Assembly: GCA_965207735.1 (NCBI GenBank)
Contig: OZ242296.1
Coordinates: 5,184,001-5,248,000, forward strand
From: Candidatus Versatilivorator sp.
GTDB taxonomy: Bacteria > Acidobacteriota > Terriglobia > Versatilivoradales > Versatilivoraceae
DNA: 64,000 bases
Reading direction: 5' to 3'
The translations under genes and the position numbers were made by a program. The notes under the pieces are model-generated. The model was given only the letters and a program-made list of their open reading frames with translations. It was not told the origin of the DNA and did no database searches. This document shows positions 29,340 to 40,450 of the stretch, piece after piece; position 1 is the first letter of the stretch; each line of letters opens with the position of its first letter.

Positions 29340-30451
29340 CCCGCATTTCTCAGTGCGCCATGGAAAGGCGCCTTCTTCCAACGGGTGCGAAACCCGTCCA
29401 ACAACTGTCGCTCCGGTTGGTAGCAGCCAGGGCGGATCATGGAGGTAACGATATGGTCTGAAGCCCTCTGGTGTCAAAGGGCCGCTTAAGGCGGTTCAGC
29501 GAGCATGCGGGCCGGAACGCGAGTGAACGTCGAGCAGGCCTCGAAACGGGCAATGCGGGGGCCGACCCACCTGAGAAATGGGGAAGGCCGAAGACGGAGG
29601 GGGAAGCGAGCGACGCGGGCACCCCTTTGGACCCGCCGGGGTAGTGGCGCTGGCACGCATGGAAGGGGAAGAAGGCAGCAACATGGGAAGCCCTGTGGGT
29701 GGTGAGGCACGCACCGAACCGGAAGCTCGCGAGAGTCAGTCTAGGCCGACAGGGTGGCGGAGAGGCCTGTAGTACCGGAGAAGCCGGGTAATACCGGTGG
29801 AGGGAAGGGGCCTCAGGTGAGGAGCGGTGACCGAAGGGGGAAGGGTCCCGGGAGTGGCGAAAGCCTGAAACCCCGACCAAAAAAGGGCCGGAGACTCCGG
29901 AAGCATCACATGCAAAAGTGAAAGGGTCGTCGGAGGAGGACGGCGTCGTCAGGGCATCAACAGGCCTGGCGGCAACCCGGGAGCGGAAGTGGATGGAGTG
30001 GGGGACGGGTGCCAATCCCATAGGAGTCGTCCACGGATGCGAGCGGGGACCTGTGTGCGAGACGCATGATCCCACTGGAGAGCCGAGATGCGGGAAAACC
30101 GCACGTCCGGTTCGGAGAGCGGGGACTGGAAACGTGATAAGGGAGCCGGACTGAGGCCCGAAGCGAAAGCGACGGAATAGCCACCGGACCCTATAGTCAA
30201 CGCGCCAGTCCTCGACTCTACCCAGGTCGCTGGTGCCATGACGACAAGTAGTTTATCTTCAGTACGTTGATTGGCTCTATGGTAAGGGCTTGCGGGTAAC
30301 AGACTGCGCTGGGCATGCCTTGGCTTGTCTTTTTCCCTTCAGCGCGCACATGCTCCCTCGCGCGTAGTGACCGCTACGCTCTTCGGTCGCGAGCACGCGC
30401 TGAAGGGAAAAATCCTGCGCCATGTTCATGCCCCCTGGTGAGAAATGCGGG
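29340..30451. mobile_element. 243-bp MITE interrupted by an 869-nt group II intron
   Basis: 1112 bp minus 869 bp = 243 bp, collinear with 1126-1368; flanks TTAG / CTAG. Confidence 0.9.
29353..30221 (+). ncRNA. ORF-less group II intron, copy 1
   Basis: 5' GTGCG; 3' ...GACTCTAC; domain V GAGCCGAGATGCGGGAAAACCGCACGTCCGGTTC (30080-30113, AGC triad); domain III-like GTAGTACC...GGTAATACCGGTGGAGGGAAGGGGCC; boundaries fixed by the empty allele. Confidence 0.95.
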
Positions 30452-30721
30452 CTAGTCTGAAAACCGCTGGCCGGCTTCCTCAGTTGCCAGCAGGTTGCAG
30501 CCTGCCTGGTTGGCAAACCGCATCCGGCAATGGAACACCCCCTCATTGACCTCTTCCAGGTCGGCCCTGAGGCAGGTGAAGGGCTCCATGTGTGTGGGGG
30601 TGTCGTGCACGCCGTAATCCATGCTCTCCGCCCTCCGCCGCTGCCGGGTCAGCGCGACCACGGCCAAAGCGAGCCCCTTGGCCAACAGTATGATTGACAG
30701 GTAGAGATAGAAGTGGGTCAT
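30452..30721 (-). CDS. Small hypothetical membrane protein
   Basis: 89 aa with N-terminal TM helix followed by RQRRR; its TAG stop abuts the MITE end. Confidence 0.4.
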   Translation of the reverse strand: MTHFYLYLSIILLAKGLALAVVALTRQRRRAESMDYGVHDTPTHMEPFTCLRADLEEVNEGVFHCRMRFANQAGCNLLATEEAGQRFSD

Positions 30722-30858
30722 GACTGTAACCCGCCGAAAGGTTCCAGCTGAACCATGGGCGCATGGGCCGGGGGGTGGGACGCCCGGTGCTTGCCACCAA
30801 GACTCTAGGATTCACTCCCGGGTTTGTCAACCGGAGTGTTGCAGCGGTTCCTTCACAA

Positions 30859-30934
30859 TTAACATGGATGCACAGGATAACCAGGACGGGACGCTGCTGC
30901 AGGAGAAGCCGGCTCCGGCAGGGACAGGATGCGG
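30859..30934 (+). repeat. Partial copy of the 61505-61657 inverted-repeat element, followed by a REP
   Basis: AACATGGATGCACAGGATAACCAGGAC...CTGCAGGAGAAGCC aligns by eye with 61505-61586. Confidence 0.6.
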
Positions 30935-31144
30935 GCGGAACGCCCGCGCTCCCGGAAGTGCCGATCACTCCCCGCTTGAGAGGGGAAGCGGGCGCGGACA
31001 AGGCTGGAGAGACTACCGATGATCCTGGCATAGCCGGGTGTCCAGTGCGGCCGAAACACGCCGGTTTTGATCTTGACTTGAACTTTCTCAACCGCTTAGA
31101 TTGGGCCGGGGACAATAGCAATTGAATGTGCGGCCAGAGGCGAT

Positions 31145-32815
31145 ATGAGAATCCTGTCGAGCGCGCAGATGAGCTGGGTGGACCGGGAGACGACGGTCCG
31201 GTATGGCCTTCCCAGCCTGCTGCTCATGGAGAACGCCGGCAGCGGCGTCGTGCGGGAAATGGAACGGCACTTTGAGGGTCTCAAGGGCCTGAAGGTGCTG
31301 GTGGTCTGCGGCAAGGGGAACAACGGAGGAGACGGCTTGGTGGTGGCCCGACACCTCCACCTGGAAGGCGTGGCCACGGAAGTGGTCCTGATGGCTCGGC
31401 CCGAGTCCTTGAAGGGTGACGCCAGGACCAATCTGGAAGTGGCCCAAAAGATGGGAGTTCCCATAGAGTGGATCGTCGAGGAAGGCAATTGGTCCGACAG
31501 ACTGCAGTCCCGCCTGGCCCCCGCCCGGACCGACATCCTGGTGGACGCCCTTTTGGGCACGGGAGTCAGACTGCCATTGACAGGATTCATGATGGAGGTC
31601 GTCAGGTGCCTGAGACGCTTTCCCCGCGTGGTGGCCATCGATCTTCCCTCCGGCCTGGACTGCGATTGCCTGGGGACTCCCGAGCACGAAATGGTGGCCC
31701 CGGTGTCGGAACTGACGGTGACCTTCACCGCGCCCAAGCCGGCCCATATTTTTGCGCCGCCGGCTCGATTTTCCGGAAAGTGGGTGGTGGTTCCCATCGG
31801 CAGCCCGCCCGCACTGGTGGGGGAGTCGGGGTCCTGGCTCCATCAGGTCACCCGGGCCGAGGCTGCAGCCACCCTGCAGGACTTTGCCAGAGAGCCCGAG
31901 GCTCACAAGGGACACTTCGGTCACGTCCTGGCAGTTGCCGGTTCGACCGGCAAGACCGGGGCCGCCGCCATGGCGGCGCAAGCGTCTCTGGCCTGTGGCG
32001 CCGGCCTGGTGACCCTGGCGGTGCCCGCCCCTTGCCAACCGGTCGTGGCCGGCCAACTTCTGGAAGTCATGACGGAGCCGCTGGCAGCCACCCCGGGAGG
32101 CGCATTCTCCACCAAGGCGTTCGACTACTCGAGGGTCGAGGACTTGCTGCAGGGCAAGACGGTAGTCGCCCTGGGGCCGGGATTGGGGCGCGATAGTGAG
32201 ACCGTCCACTTTGTCAGGCGCTTTCTTGAGGCATGCCGGCTGCCGGTGGTGCTCGACGCCGACGGCATCAACGCCTGCCAGGGGGCTTTGGAGCTGTTGA
32301 GGCGCAAGGAAGAGGTGTTGGTGCTGACTCCCCATCCAGGGGAATTTGCACGGCTGTTGGGGATCTCGAGCCGGGAACTGCTGGAGGACCGAATCGAGCT
32401 GGCCAGGGGCTTCGCCATGGAGCGCGGCCTGTATCTGATCTTGAAGGGGCACCAGACCCTGCTGGCCTCGCCCTCCGGCCAAGTCTACCTGAATTCAAGT
32501 GGGAATCCGGGCATGGCCAAGGGAGGGTCGGGAGACGTGCTGACCGGAATCGTGTCCGGACTCATGGCCCAATGGTTTTCGATGCCGGCCACCAGAGACC
32601 GCCGCGGGAAACACGATCTGGAGTCTGTCATCACCCTGGCCGTTTTCGTTCATGGTCTGGCCGGCGATCTGGCTCTGGAGATCCGTGGAGATCAATCGGT
32701 GATGGCCTCCGATCTGACCGGCTTCGCGGCCGAGGCCCTGCGGCGGACCCGGGAGGGTTCCCCCTGGTTGGGAGCGAGCCGCGCCGCCTGCAGCCGCAAT
32801 TGCCAGTCGGACTGA
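31145..32815 (+). CDS. nnr: Bifunctional NAD(P)H-hydrate epimerase/dehydratase
   Basis: LMENAG, CGKGNNGGDG, DALLGTG, HKGHFG, LDADG, LTPHPGEF, GGSGDVLTG. Confidence 0.95.
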   Translation: MRILSSAQMSWVDRETTVRYGLPSLLLMENAGSGVVREMERHFEGLKGLKVLVVCGKGNNGGDGLVVARHLHLEGVATEVVLMARPESLKGDARTNLEVAQKMGVPIEWIVEEGNWSDRLQSRLAPARTDILVDALLGTGVRLPLTGFMMEVVRCLRRFPRVVAIDLPSGLDCDCLGTPEHEMVAPVSELTVTFTAPKPAHIFAPPARFSGKWVVVPIGSPPALVGESGSWLHQVTRAEAAATLQDFAREPEAHKGHFGHVLAVAGSTGKTGAAAMAAQASLACGAGLVTLAVPAPCQPVVAGQLLEVMTEPLAATPGGAFSTKAFDYSRVEDLLQGKTVVALGPGLGRDSETVHFVRRFLEACRLPVVLDADGINACQGALELLRRKEEVLVLTPHPGEFARLLGISSRELLEDRIELARGFAMERGLYLILKGHQTLLASPSGQVYLNSSGNPGMAKGGSGDVLTGIVSGLMAQWFSMPATRDRRGKHDLESVITLAVFVHGLAGDLALEIRGDQSVMASDLTGFAAEALRRTREGSPWLGASRAACSRNCQSD

Positions 32816-32820
32816 ACCCG

Positions 32821-33279
32821 ATGACCCTGAATATCTTCAGCCATTCCGCGAGGCAAACCTTTCAGGCGGCCTTCGCCATGGGCCAAACGTTGGAGCGGCC
32901 CCGGATGTTTTTGCTGGACGGTCCCCTGGGAGTCGGAAAGACCGTGTTTTGCAAGGGGATGGTCTGTGGATTGGGACTGGAGGATCCGGATGAGGTCACC
33001 AGTCCGTCTTTCACCCTGATCAACGAGTACAGGGCTCGGCTGCCCGTGTTTCACCTGGACTTGTATCGCGTCGAGCCGGGTCCCGACCTGGAGACTCTTG
33101 GCCTGGAGGAGATCCTGGACCGGGAAGCGGTGATCCTGGTGGAGTGGCCGGAAAAGCTGCGAGAGCAGGACCGCCAGGGAGCTGTTCGGGTGGGTTTCGT
33201 GGATCTGGGCGGAGAGAGCCGGCGCATTGAAGTGGGAACGGCTTCGGCTTGCCGACCGGGGGGGTGGACGGTTTCATGA
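32821..33279 (+). CDS. tsaE: tRNA threonylcarbamoyladenosine biosynthesis ATPase
   Basis: GPLGVGKT, VTSPSFTLINEY, HLDLYR, LVEWPE. Confidence 0.93.
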   Translation: MTLNIFSHSARQTFQAAFAMGQTLERPRMFLLDGPLGVGKTVFCKGMVCGLGLEDPDEVTSPSFTLINEYRARLPVFHLDLYRVEPGPDLETLGLEEILDREAVILVEWPEKLREQDRQGAVRVGFVDLGGESRRIEVGTASACRPGGWTVS

Positions 33280-34004
33280 AGCTGGATGTGTTGGCCTTCG
33301 GGGCCCATCCGGATGATGTCGAGTTGTCTGTGGGCGGAACTCTGGCCAAGTTGGCCAGTCTGGGGCATCGAACCGGTATCGCGGACATGACTCGCGGTGA
33401 GTTGGGGACCCGGGGAACCTCCCGAACCCGGGCTCGGGAAGCCCAAGCCGCGGCCGAGGTCCTGGAATTGAAGACCAGAGTCAACCTGGGGCTTCGAGAC
33501 GCCCACCTTCAGGACACCTTGGCGGCACGCCTCAAAGTCGTCGCGCAACTGCGGGAATTTCGTCCGGGCCTGGTATTCACTCACCACTGGGATGACCCCC
33601 ATCCCGATCACGTGGCTACCAGCCGGATCGTGACGGCCGCCTGCTACCTTTCCGGTCTGAAGAAAATGACGACGGGCCGGCAGCGATTCCGGCCCGATCG
33701 TATTGTCTACTTCCGGCAATCGAGTTTCCTGCCTCCCTCTTTCCTGGTAGATATCAGCGCCTTCTTTGAGCAGAAGATGCGGGCCATAGGCTGTTTTGCT
33801 TCCCAATTGCACGACCCCGGCTCGGATGAGCCCCGAACCTATTTGAGCGTTCCCGAGTTTCTTCCGGCGCTCGAGACTCTCAACCGGTATTACGGCTCTC
33901 TCATCCGGACCAGCTATGCGGAAGGCTTCCACACCAGGGATGCCTTGGCCGTGGGGGATCCGGCGGCTTTTTTTGCCCGGCCACGAAAGGCGGCTTTGCC
34001 ATGA
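33276..34004 (+). CDS. bshB1: Bacillithiol biosynthesis deacetylase
   Basis: AHPDDVEL, TRGELGTRG, HPDH; ATGA overlaps on both sides; adjacent to bshA. Confidence 0.9.
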   Translation: MKLDVLAFGAHPDDVELSVGGTLAKLASLGHRTGIADMTRGELGTRGTSRTRAREAQAAAEVLELKTRVNLGLRDAHLQDTLAARLKVVAQLREFRPGLVFTHHWDDPHPDHVATSRIVTAACYLSGLKKMTTGRQRFRPDRIVYFRQSSFLPPSFLVDISAFFEQKMRAIGCFASQLHDPGSDEPRTYLSVPEFLPALETLNRYYGSLIRTSYAEGFHTRDALAVGDPAAFFARPRKAALP

Positions 34005-35158
34005 GAATCGGAATTACCTGCTATCCCAGCTATGGCGGAAGCGGCGTGGTGGCTACCGAAATCGGCAAGGAGCTGGCCGAACGGGGGCATGAGATCCATT
34101 TCATCACCTATGCGATCCCGATCAAGCTGGATACCACCAGTGACCGGATCCATTTCCATGAAGTGGAGATGATGAATTATCCCTTGTTCGAGCATCCTCC
34201 CTATGCCCTGGCGTTGGCCACCAAGATGGCCGATGTCGCCATCCACCAGGATCTGGATCTGTTGCATGTCCACTATGCCATTCCCCATTCGGTGAGCGCA
34301 TTCCTGGCCAAGGAGATGCTCAAGCCCAAGCGGCTTCCCGTGATCACCACCTTGCACGGGACCGACATCACCCTGGTGGGCAACGATCGATCCTACCTGC
34401 CCATTACGCGCCTCTCGATCGAGAAGAGCAATGGGGTGACGGCGGTCTCCGAGTTTCTGCGGGAACTGACCCGGCGGGAGTTCGAAATGGACGGTCCCAT
34501 CACCGTCATCCCCAATTTCGTCAATTGCGATGTCTTCCAGCGTTCCCAGGATGAAATCCTCAGGGGGAAGTACGCCCTCCCCGAAGAAAGGATCCTGATC
34601 CATATTTCCAACTTCCGCCCGGTCAAGAGAGTCAACCACGTCATCGAGATTTTCGACCGGGTTCAGCGTCAGCTCCCGGCCAGGCTCCTGATGGTGGGGG
34701 ATGGCCCGGAGCGCTCCAACGCCGAGTGGCTGGCTCACAACAAAGGGCTGGAACATCGAGTCGTTTTTCTGGGTAAGCAGGATTCCATCGCCGAGTTGCT
34801 GGGTGTAGCCGACCTGCTGCTGCTCCCCAGCGATACCGAGTCCTTCGGACTGGTGGCCCTGGAAGCCATGGCCTGCCAGGTGCCGGTGATCGCCTCCAGG
34901 GTGGGGGGTCTTCCGGAAGTGGTCCGGGATGGGCGGGACGGATATCTGGTGAGTCCCGGAGATGTGACCACCATGGCCTCCCGAGCGGTTGAGCTGTTGA
35001 CGGATCCTGGACGACACCGGGCCATGGGTCGGAATGCCCGCGATTTCGCCATGGAAAAATTCTGTTCCACCAAGATCATTCCCCTTTACGAAGACTATTA
35101 CAGGCAGGTGATTCGTGCCGTTCGTCAGGAACTGGAGCTGGGCGCCGCCGCGATTTGA
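34001..35158 (+). CDS. bshA: N-acetyl-alpha-D-glucosaminyl L-malate synthase
   Basis: IGITCYPSYGGSGVVATE, HVHYAIPH, TTLHGTDITLVG, HISNFRPVKR, ESFGLVALEAM. Confidence 0.95.
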   Translation: MRIGITCYPSYGGSGVVATEIGKELAERGHEIHFITYAIPIKLDTTSDRIHFHEVEMMNYPLFEHPPYALALATKMADVAIHQDLDLLHVHYAIPHSVSAFLAKEMLKPKRLPVITTLHGTDITLVGNDRSYLPITRLSIEKSNGVTAVSEFLRELTRREFEMDGPITVIPNFVNCDVFQRSQDEILRGKYALPEERILIHISNFRPVKRVNHVIEIFDRVQRQLPARLLMVGDGPERSNAEWLAHNKGLEHRVVFLGKQDSIAELLGVADLLLLPSDTESFGLVALEAMACQVPVIASRVGGLPEVVRDGRDGYLVSPGDVTTMASRAVELLTDPGRHRAMGRNARDFAMEKFCSTKIIPLYEDYYRQVIRAVRQELELGAAAI

Positions 35159-35163
35159 AAATC

Positions 35164-37440
<2,277 letters not shown>

Positions 37441-37654
37441 GGATCAGCGCCACCGAGGAGGAAAAACGGCCGATCGTTCATCAACGTGAACCACGACGGG
37501 GAAAAGAGTTATCTGAATACTCTCCACCCTTCAAACTTCGCTCTTTTGAAACAGGAGCGCTTCAGGCACGTTGTGCGCTGCTTGACCGCCAAGGTCACGC
37601 TGTGTCACACTCTTAGCAATCCCGTCACTGGAGGAGGAGAACAGACCACCCGGC

Positions 37655-38677
37655 ATGATGAAGAAGAGTGTCGCCCTGGGCCATGGGGCGGAGACGATCT
37701 TCGGAACCCTCGACGAGAACCTGGCTTTTCTCGAAAACGTTTTCGATGTGAGAGTTTCCCTGGCGTCGGAAACCCTGGTCATTGAAGGAAAGGCAGGAGA
37801 TGTTGAAATTGTCGAACGGGCGGTGCGGGACTTCAATCAGGTTCGGGAGCAAGGGTTTCAATTCAACAACGGAGAATTCAAGTCCATCCTGAAGGTCATT
37901 TCCGAAGACCCCAAGGTTCGCCTGAAAGATTGCGTTCTTGTTCCGCGGATGCGCCTTTCGGGCAGAAAACAGATTACTCCCCGCAGCCTTAACCAGCATC
38001 TGTATCTCCAGTCCATAGAAAAATTCGACATGGTTTTCGGTATCGGTCCGGCCGGCACCGGGAAAACCTACCTGGCGGTAGCCATGGCCGTGGCTGCCTT
38101 GCTGGCTCGACAGGTCAATCGGATCATCCTGGCCCGGCCCGCCGTGGAGGCAGGCGAGCGCCTGGGCTTCTTGCCGGGTAGCCTGCAGGAGAAGGTGGAC
38201 CCCTACCTGCGCCCCCTCTACGATGCCCTCTACGAGATGCTGGACATCGACAAGGTAGATCGCTATCTGGAACGGGGCACCATCGAGATTGCGCCGATCG
38301 CCTTCATGCGCGGCCGGACACTCAACGATTCCTTCGTGATCCTGGACGAGGCCCAGAACACCACTTCGGAGCAGATGAAGATGTTTGTGACACGCATCGG
38401 CTTTCATTCCAAGGCGGTGATCACGGGAGACATTACCCAGATCGACCTGCCGCCCGGCAAGGTCTCCGGGCTGGTGGAGGCCAGCCGCATTGTCTCCGAG
38501 GTCAAGGGGATCGATTTCGTCTACTTTCACGAAGGCGATGTGGTCCGCCATCCCCTGGTGCAACGGATCGTTCGCGCCTACGACGCCTACCAGTCGGGAA
38601 AGCCGGACCCCACGCGCGCGCCGGACGATCTTCCGGGCTCCGACCCGACCCCTGAGAATAATCCCAAGCAGGAATAG
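37655..38677 (+). CDS. phoH: PhoH-family ATPase
   Basis: GPAGTGKT, RPAVEAGERLGFLPG, MRGRTL, DEAQN, VVRHPLV. Confidence 0.93.
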   Translation: MMKKSVALGHGAETIFGTLDENLAFLENVFDVRVSLASETLVIEGKAGDVEIVERAVRDFNQVREQGFQFNNGEFKSILKVISEDPKVRLKDCVLVPRMRLSGRKQITPRSLNQHLYLQSIEKFDMVFGIGPAGTGKTYLAVAMAVAALLARQVNRIILARPAVEAGERLGFLPGSLQEKVDPYLRPLYDALYEMLDIDKVDRYLERGTIEIAPIAFMRGRTLNDSFVILDEAQNTTSEQMKMFVTRIGFHSKAVITGDITQIDLPPGKVSGLVEASRIVSEVKGIDFVYFHEGDVVRHPLVQRIVRAYDAYQSGKPDPTRAPDDLPGSDPTPENNPKQE

Positions 38678-38714
38678 ACGGCGCCACGCCGATGATGGAG
38701 CCAGGTCGTCATTG

Positions 38715-39143
38715 ATGCCCGAGGTCCTAGTTCTCAACCGCCAGCGCCGGCATGCAGTCCCACTGAAACGGCTCCGCCGATTTGCCCTGGGGCTTGCCGG
38801 TCGCGCCAGGTCGGAAGCGTCTGACTTCAGCGTTCTTCTGACCACCGACCGGACCATCCGCCGCTACAACTGTCGCTTTCGAGGCAAGGATGAACCCACC
38901 GACGTCCTGTCTTTCCCGGGGCGGGATTCGCTCCCGGACGGCGTTGACAAACCCTACTTGGGTGATATGATGATTTCCATTGAAACCGCCTATCGACAAG
39001 CCCTCACGCGCAATCACTCCCTGGAGCGGGAAATCTGCACGCTCATGATTCATGGCTGGCTCCACCTGCTGGGCTTCGACCATGAGCTCGATCGGGGGCA
39101 GATGCGCCGCAAGGAGCTGCGGCTACAGAGAGAACTCCTATGA
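38715..39143 (+). CDS. ybeY: rRNA maturation endoribonuclease
   Basis: PTDVLSF, LGDMMIS, HGWLHLLGFDH. Confidence 0.93.
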   Translation: MPEVLVLNRQRRHAVPLKRLRRFALGLAGRARSEASDFSVLLTTDRTIRRYNCRFRGKDEPTDVLSFPGRDSLPDGVDKPYLGDMMISIETAYRQALTRNHSLEREICTLMIHGWLHLLGFDHELDRGQMRRKELRLQRELL

Positions 39144-40420
39144 TCACGGTTGGGGTACTGGTGGCAGCCCTCCTCTTCCTGCTGGTCTTGACGCTGCTGT
39201 CGACCCTCGAAATGAGCCTCAGCCGCACCAACAAGGTGGCCATGCGGCTAATGGTGGAAAAGCTTTCTCCCGAGTCCGCGGGGCAGATCAAGCAGTTGAT
39301 GGACAGCCGCCTGGAGAGCCAGGCGGACGTCTACGTGGGGATCCAGATCTGCAGCGTTTCCATTGCCATCGTCCTGACCGGATACCTGCACTCGCGTTTC
39401 GACAGCTACCTGACCACCCTGCCGGCGGCCCTGGGTCTCATGTTTCTGGTGGTGATCATCTTCAGGCAGTTGATTCCGAGGCTCTTCACCTTTCACAAGC
39501 CCGAACGGGTGGTCCTGACCCTGCTACCCAGCTACCGGCTGCTGCGCCCGGTCCTGAAAGTCCTTGCCTTTCCGCTGTCGGCCAGCTTGCGGCTGTTTCG
39601 GCGATTCAATGCTCCCGAGGCCGAGGAGGAAAAAACGGAGCAGCATATCGAGGAGGAAATTCAGGCCTTTATCGACGTGGGACAGGAAGAGGGAATCCTG
39701 AAGAAGGGAGAAGAGGACCTCATTCAGTCGGTGGTGGAATTCGGGGAGACGGTGGCGGGAGACATCATGGTTCCTCGTACCCATATGGTGACCATCAACG
39801 TCAAAGCCACGCCCGAGATGCTCAAGCAGTTGATCACTTCCACCAAGCACTCCCGGGTTCCGGTTTACCGGGACCATGTCGAAAACATCGAGGGATTTGT
39901 CTATCTGAAGGACCTGATCGACATCTGGGACAGTCCGGTGACCGACGACAGCCTGGAGAGCCTGGTGCGGCCTATCCAATTCGTTCCCGAAACCAAACGG
40001 GTTGCCGAGTTGCTGGCGGAATTGCAGCGGAAGTCCTCCCACATGGCCATTGTGGTCGACGAGCACGGAGGAGTGGCCGGGTTGGTGACCATCGAGGATA
40101 TCCTGGAGGAGATTGCAGGCGAGATCCATGACGAAGACGAGGTCGCGGAGAATTCGCCGCTGGTCAGGGACGCCAACGGTTCCTACCTCATTCCGGGGAA
40201 TACGGCGATCCAGGAGGTTGAGGACCTGTTTCACATCAGGCTGCACAGTGAAGAGACCACCACCGTGGCCGGTTTCCTCACCACGGTGTTCGGCAGGGTC
40301 CCCCGCAAGGGGGAGAAGTACGACACCCAGGGAGTTGTGTTCGAGGTGCAGGAAGCCGACCACCGCAGAATCAGCAAGTTGCTTGCCCGGCAGACCGCCC
40401 CGCCGCAGCTCCGAGGGTGA
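39140..40420 (+). CDS. Hemolysin-family CNNM/CBS/CorC transporter
   Basis: TM domain, IMVPR, HSRVPVY, VVDEHGGVAGLVTIEDILEEI. Confidence 0.9.
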   Translation: MITVGVLVAALLFLLVLTLLSTLEMSLSRTNKVAMRLMVEKLSPESAGQIKQLMDSRLESQADVYVGIQICSVSIAIVLTGYLHSRFDSYLTTLPAALGLMFLVVIIFRQLIPRLFTFHKPERVVLTLLPSYRLLRPVLKVLAFPLSASLRLFRRFNAPEAEEEKTEQHIEEEIQAFIDVGQEEGILKKGEEDLIQSVVEFGETVAGDIMVPRTHMVTINVKATPEMLKQLITSTKHSRVPVYRDHVENIEGFVYLKDLIDIWDSPVTDDSLESLVRPIQFVPETKRVAELLAELQRKSSHMAIVVDEHGGVAGLVTIEDILEEIAGEIHDEDEVAENSPLVRDANGSYLIPGNTAIQEVEDLFHIRLHSEETTTVAGFLTTVFGRVPRKGEKYDTQGVVFEVQEADHRRISKLLARQTAPPQLRG

Positions 40421-40450
40421 GGAGTGCTCCCCGGAACAAGGACGACGCCC

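Noticed and set aside
29258-29352. Group IIC (terminator-targeting) explanation for the intron after the tRNA-Gly terminator
   Set aside because: The insertion is about 35 nt past the terminator and inside a TIR, the second copy has the same TIR but no such terminator, and the domain V triad is AGC rather than the IIC-type CGC
29437-30239. ORFs within the intron (and equivalents at 62107-63027)
   Set aside because: No RT or maturase motifs; they are open frames over GC-rich structured RNA
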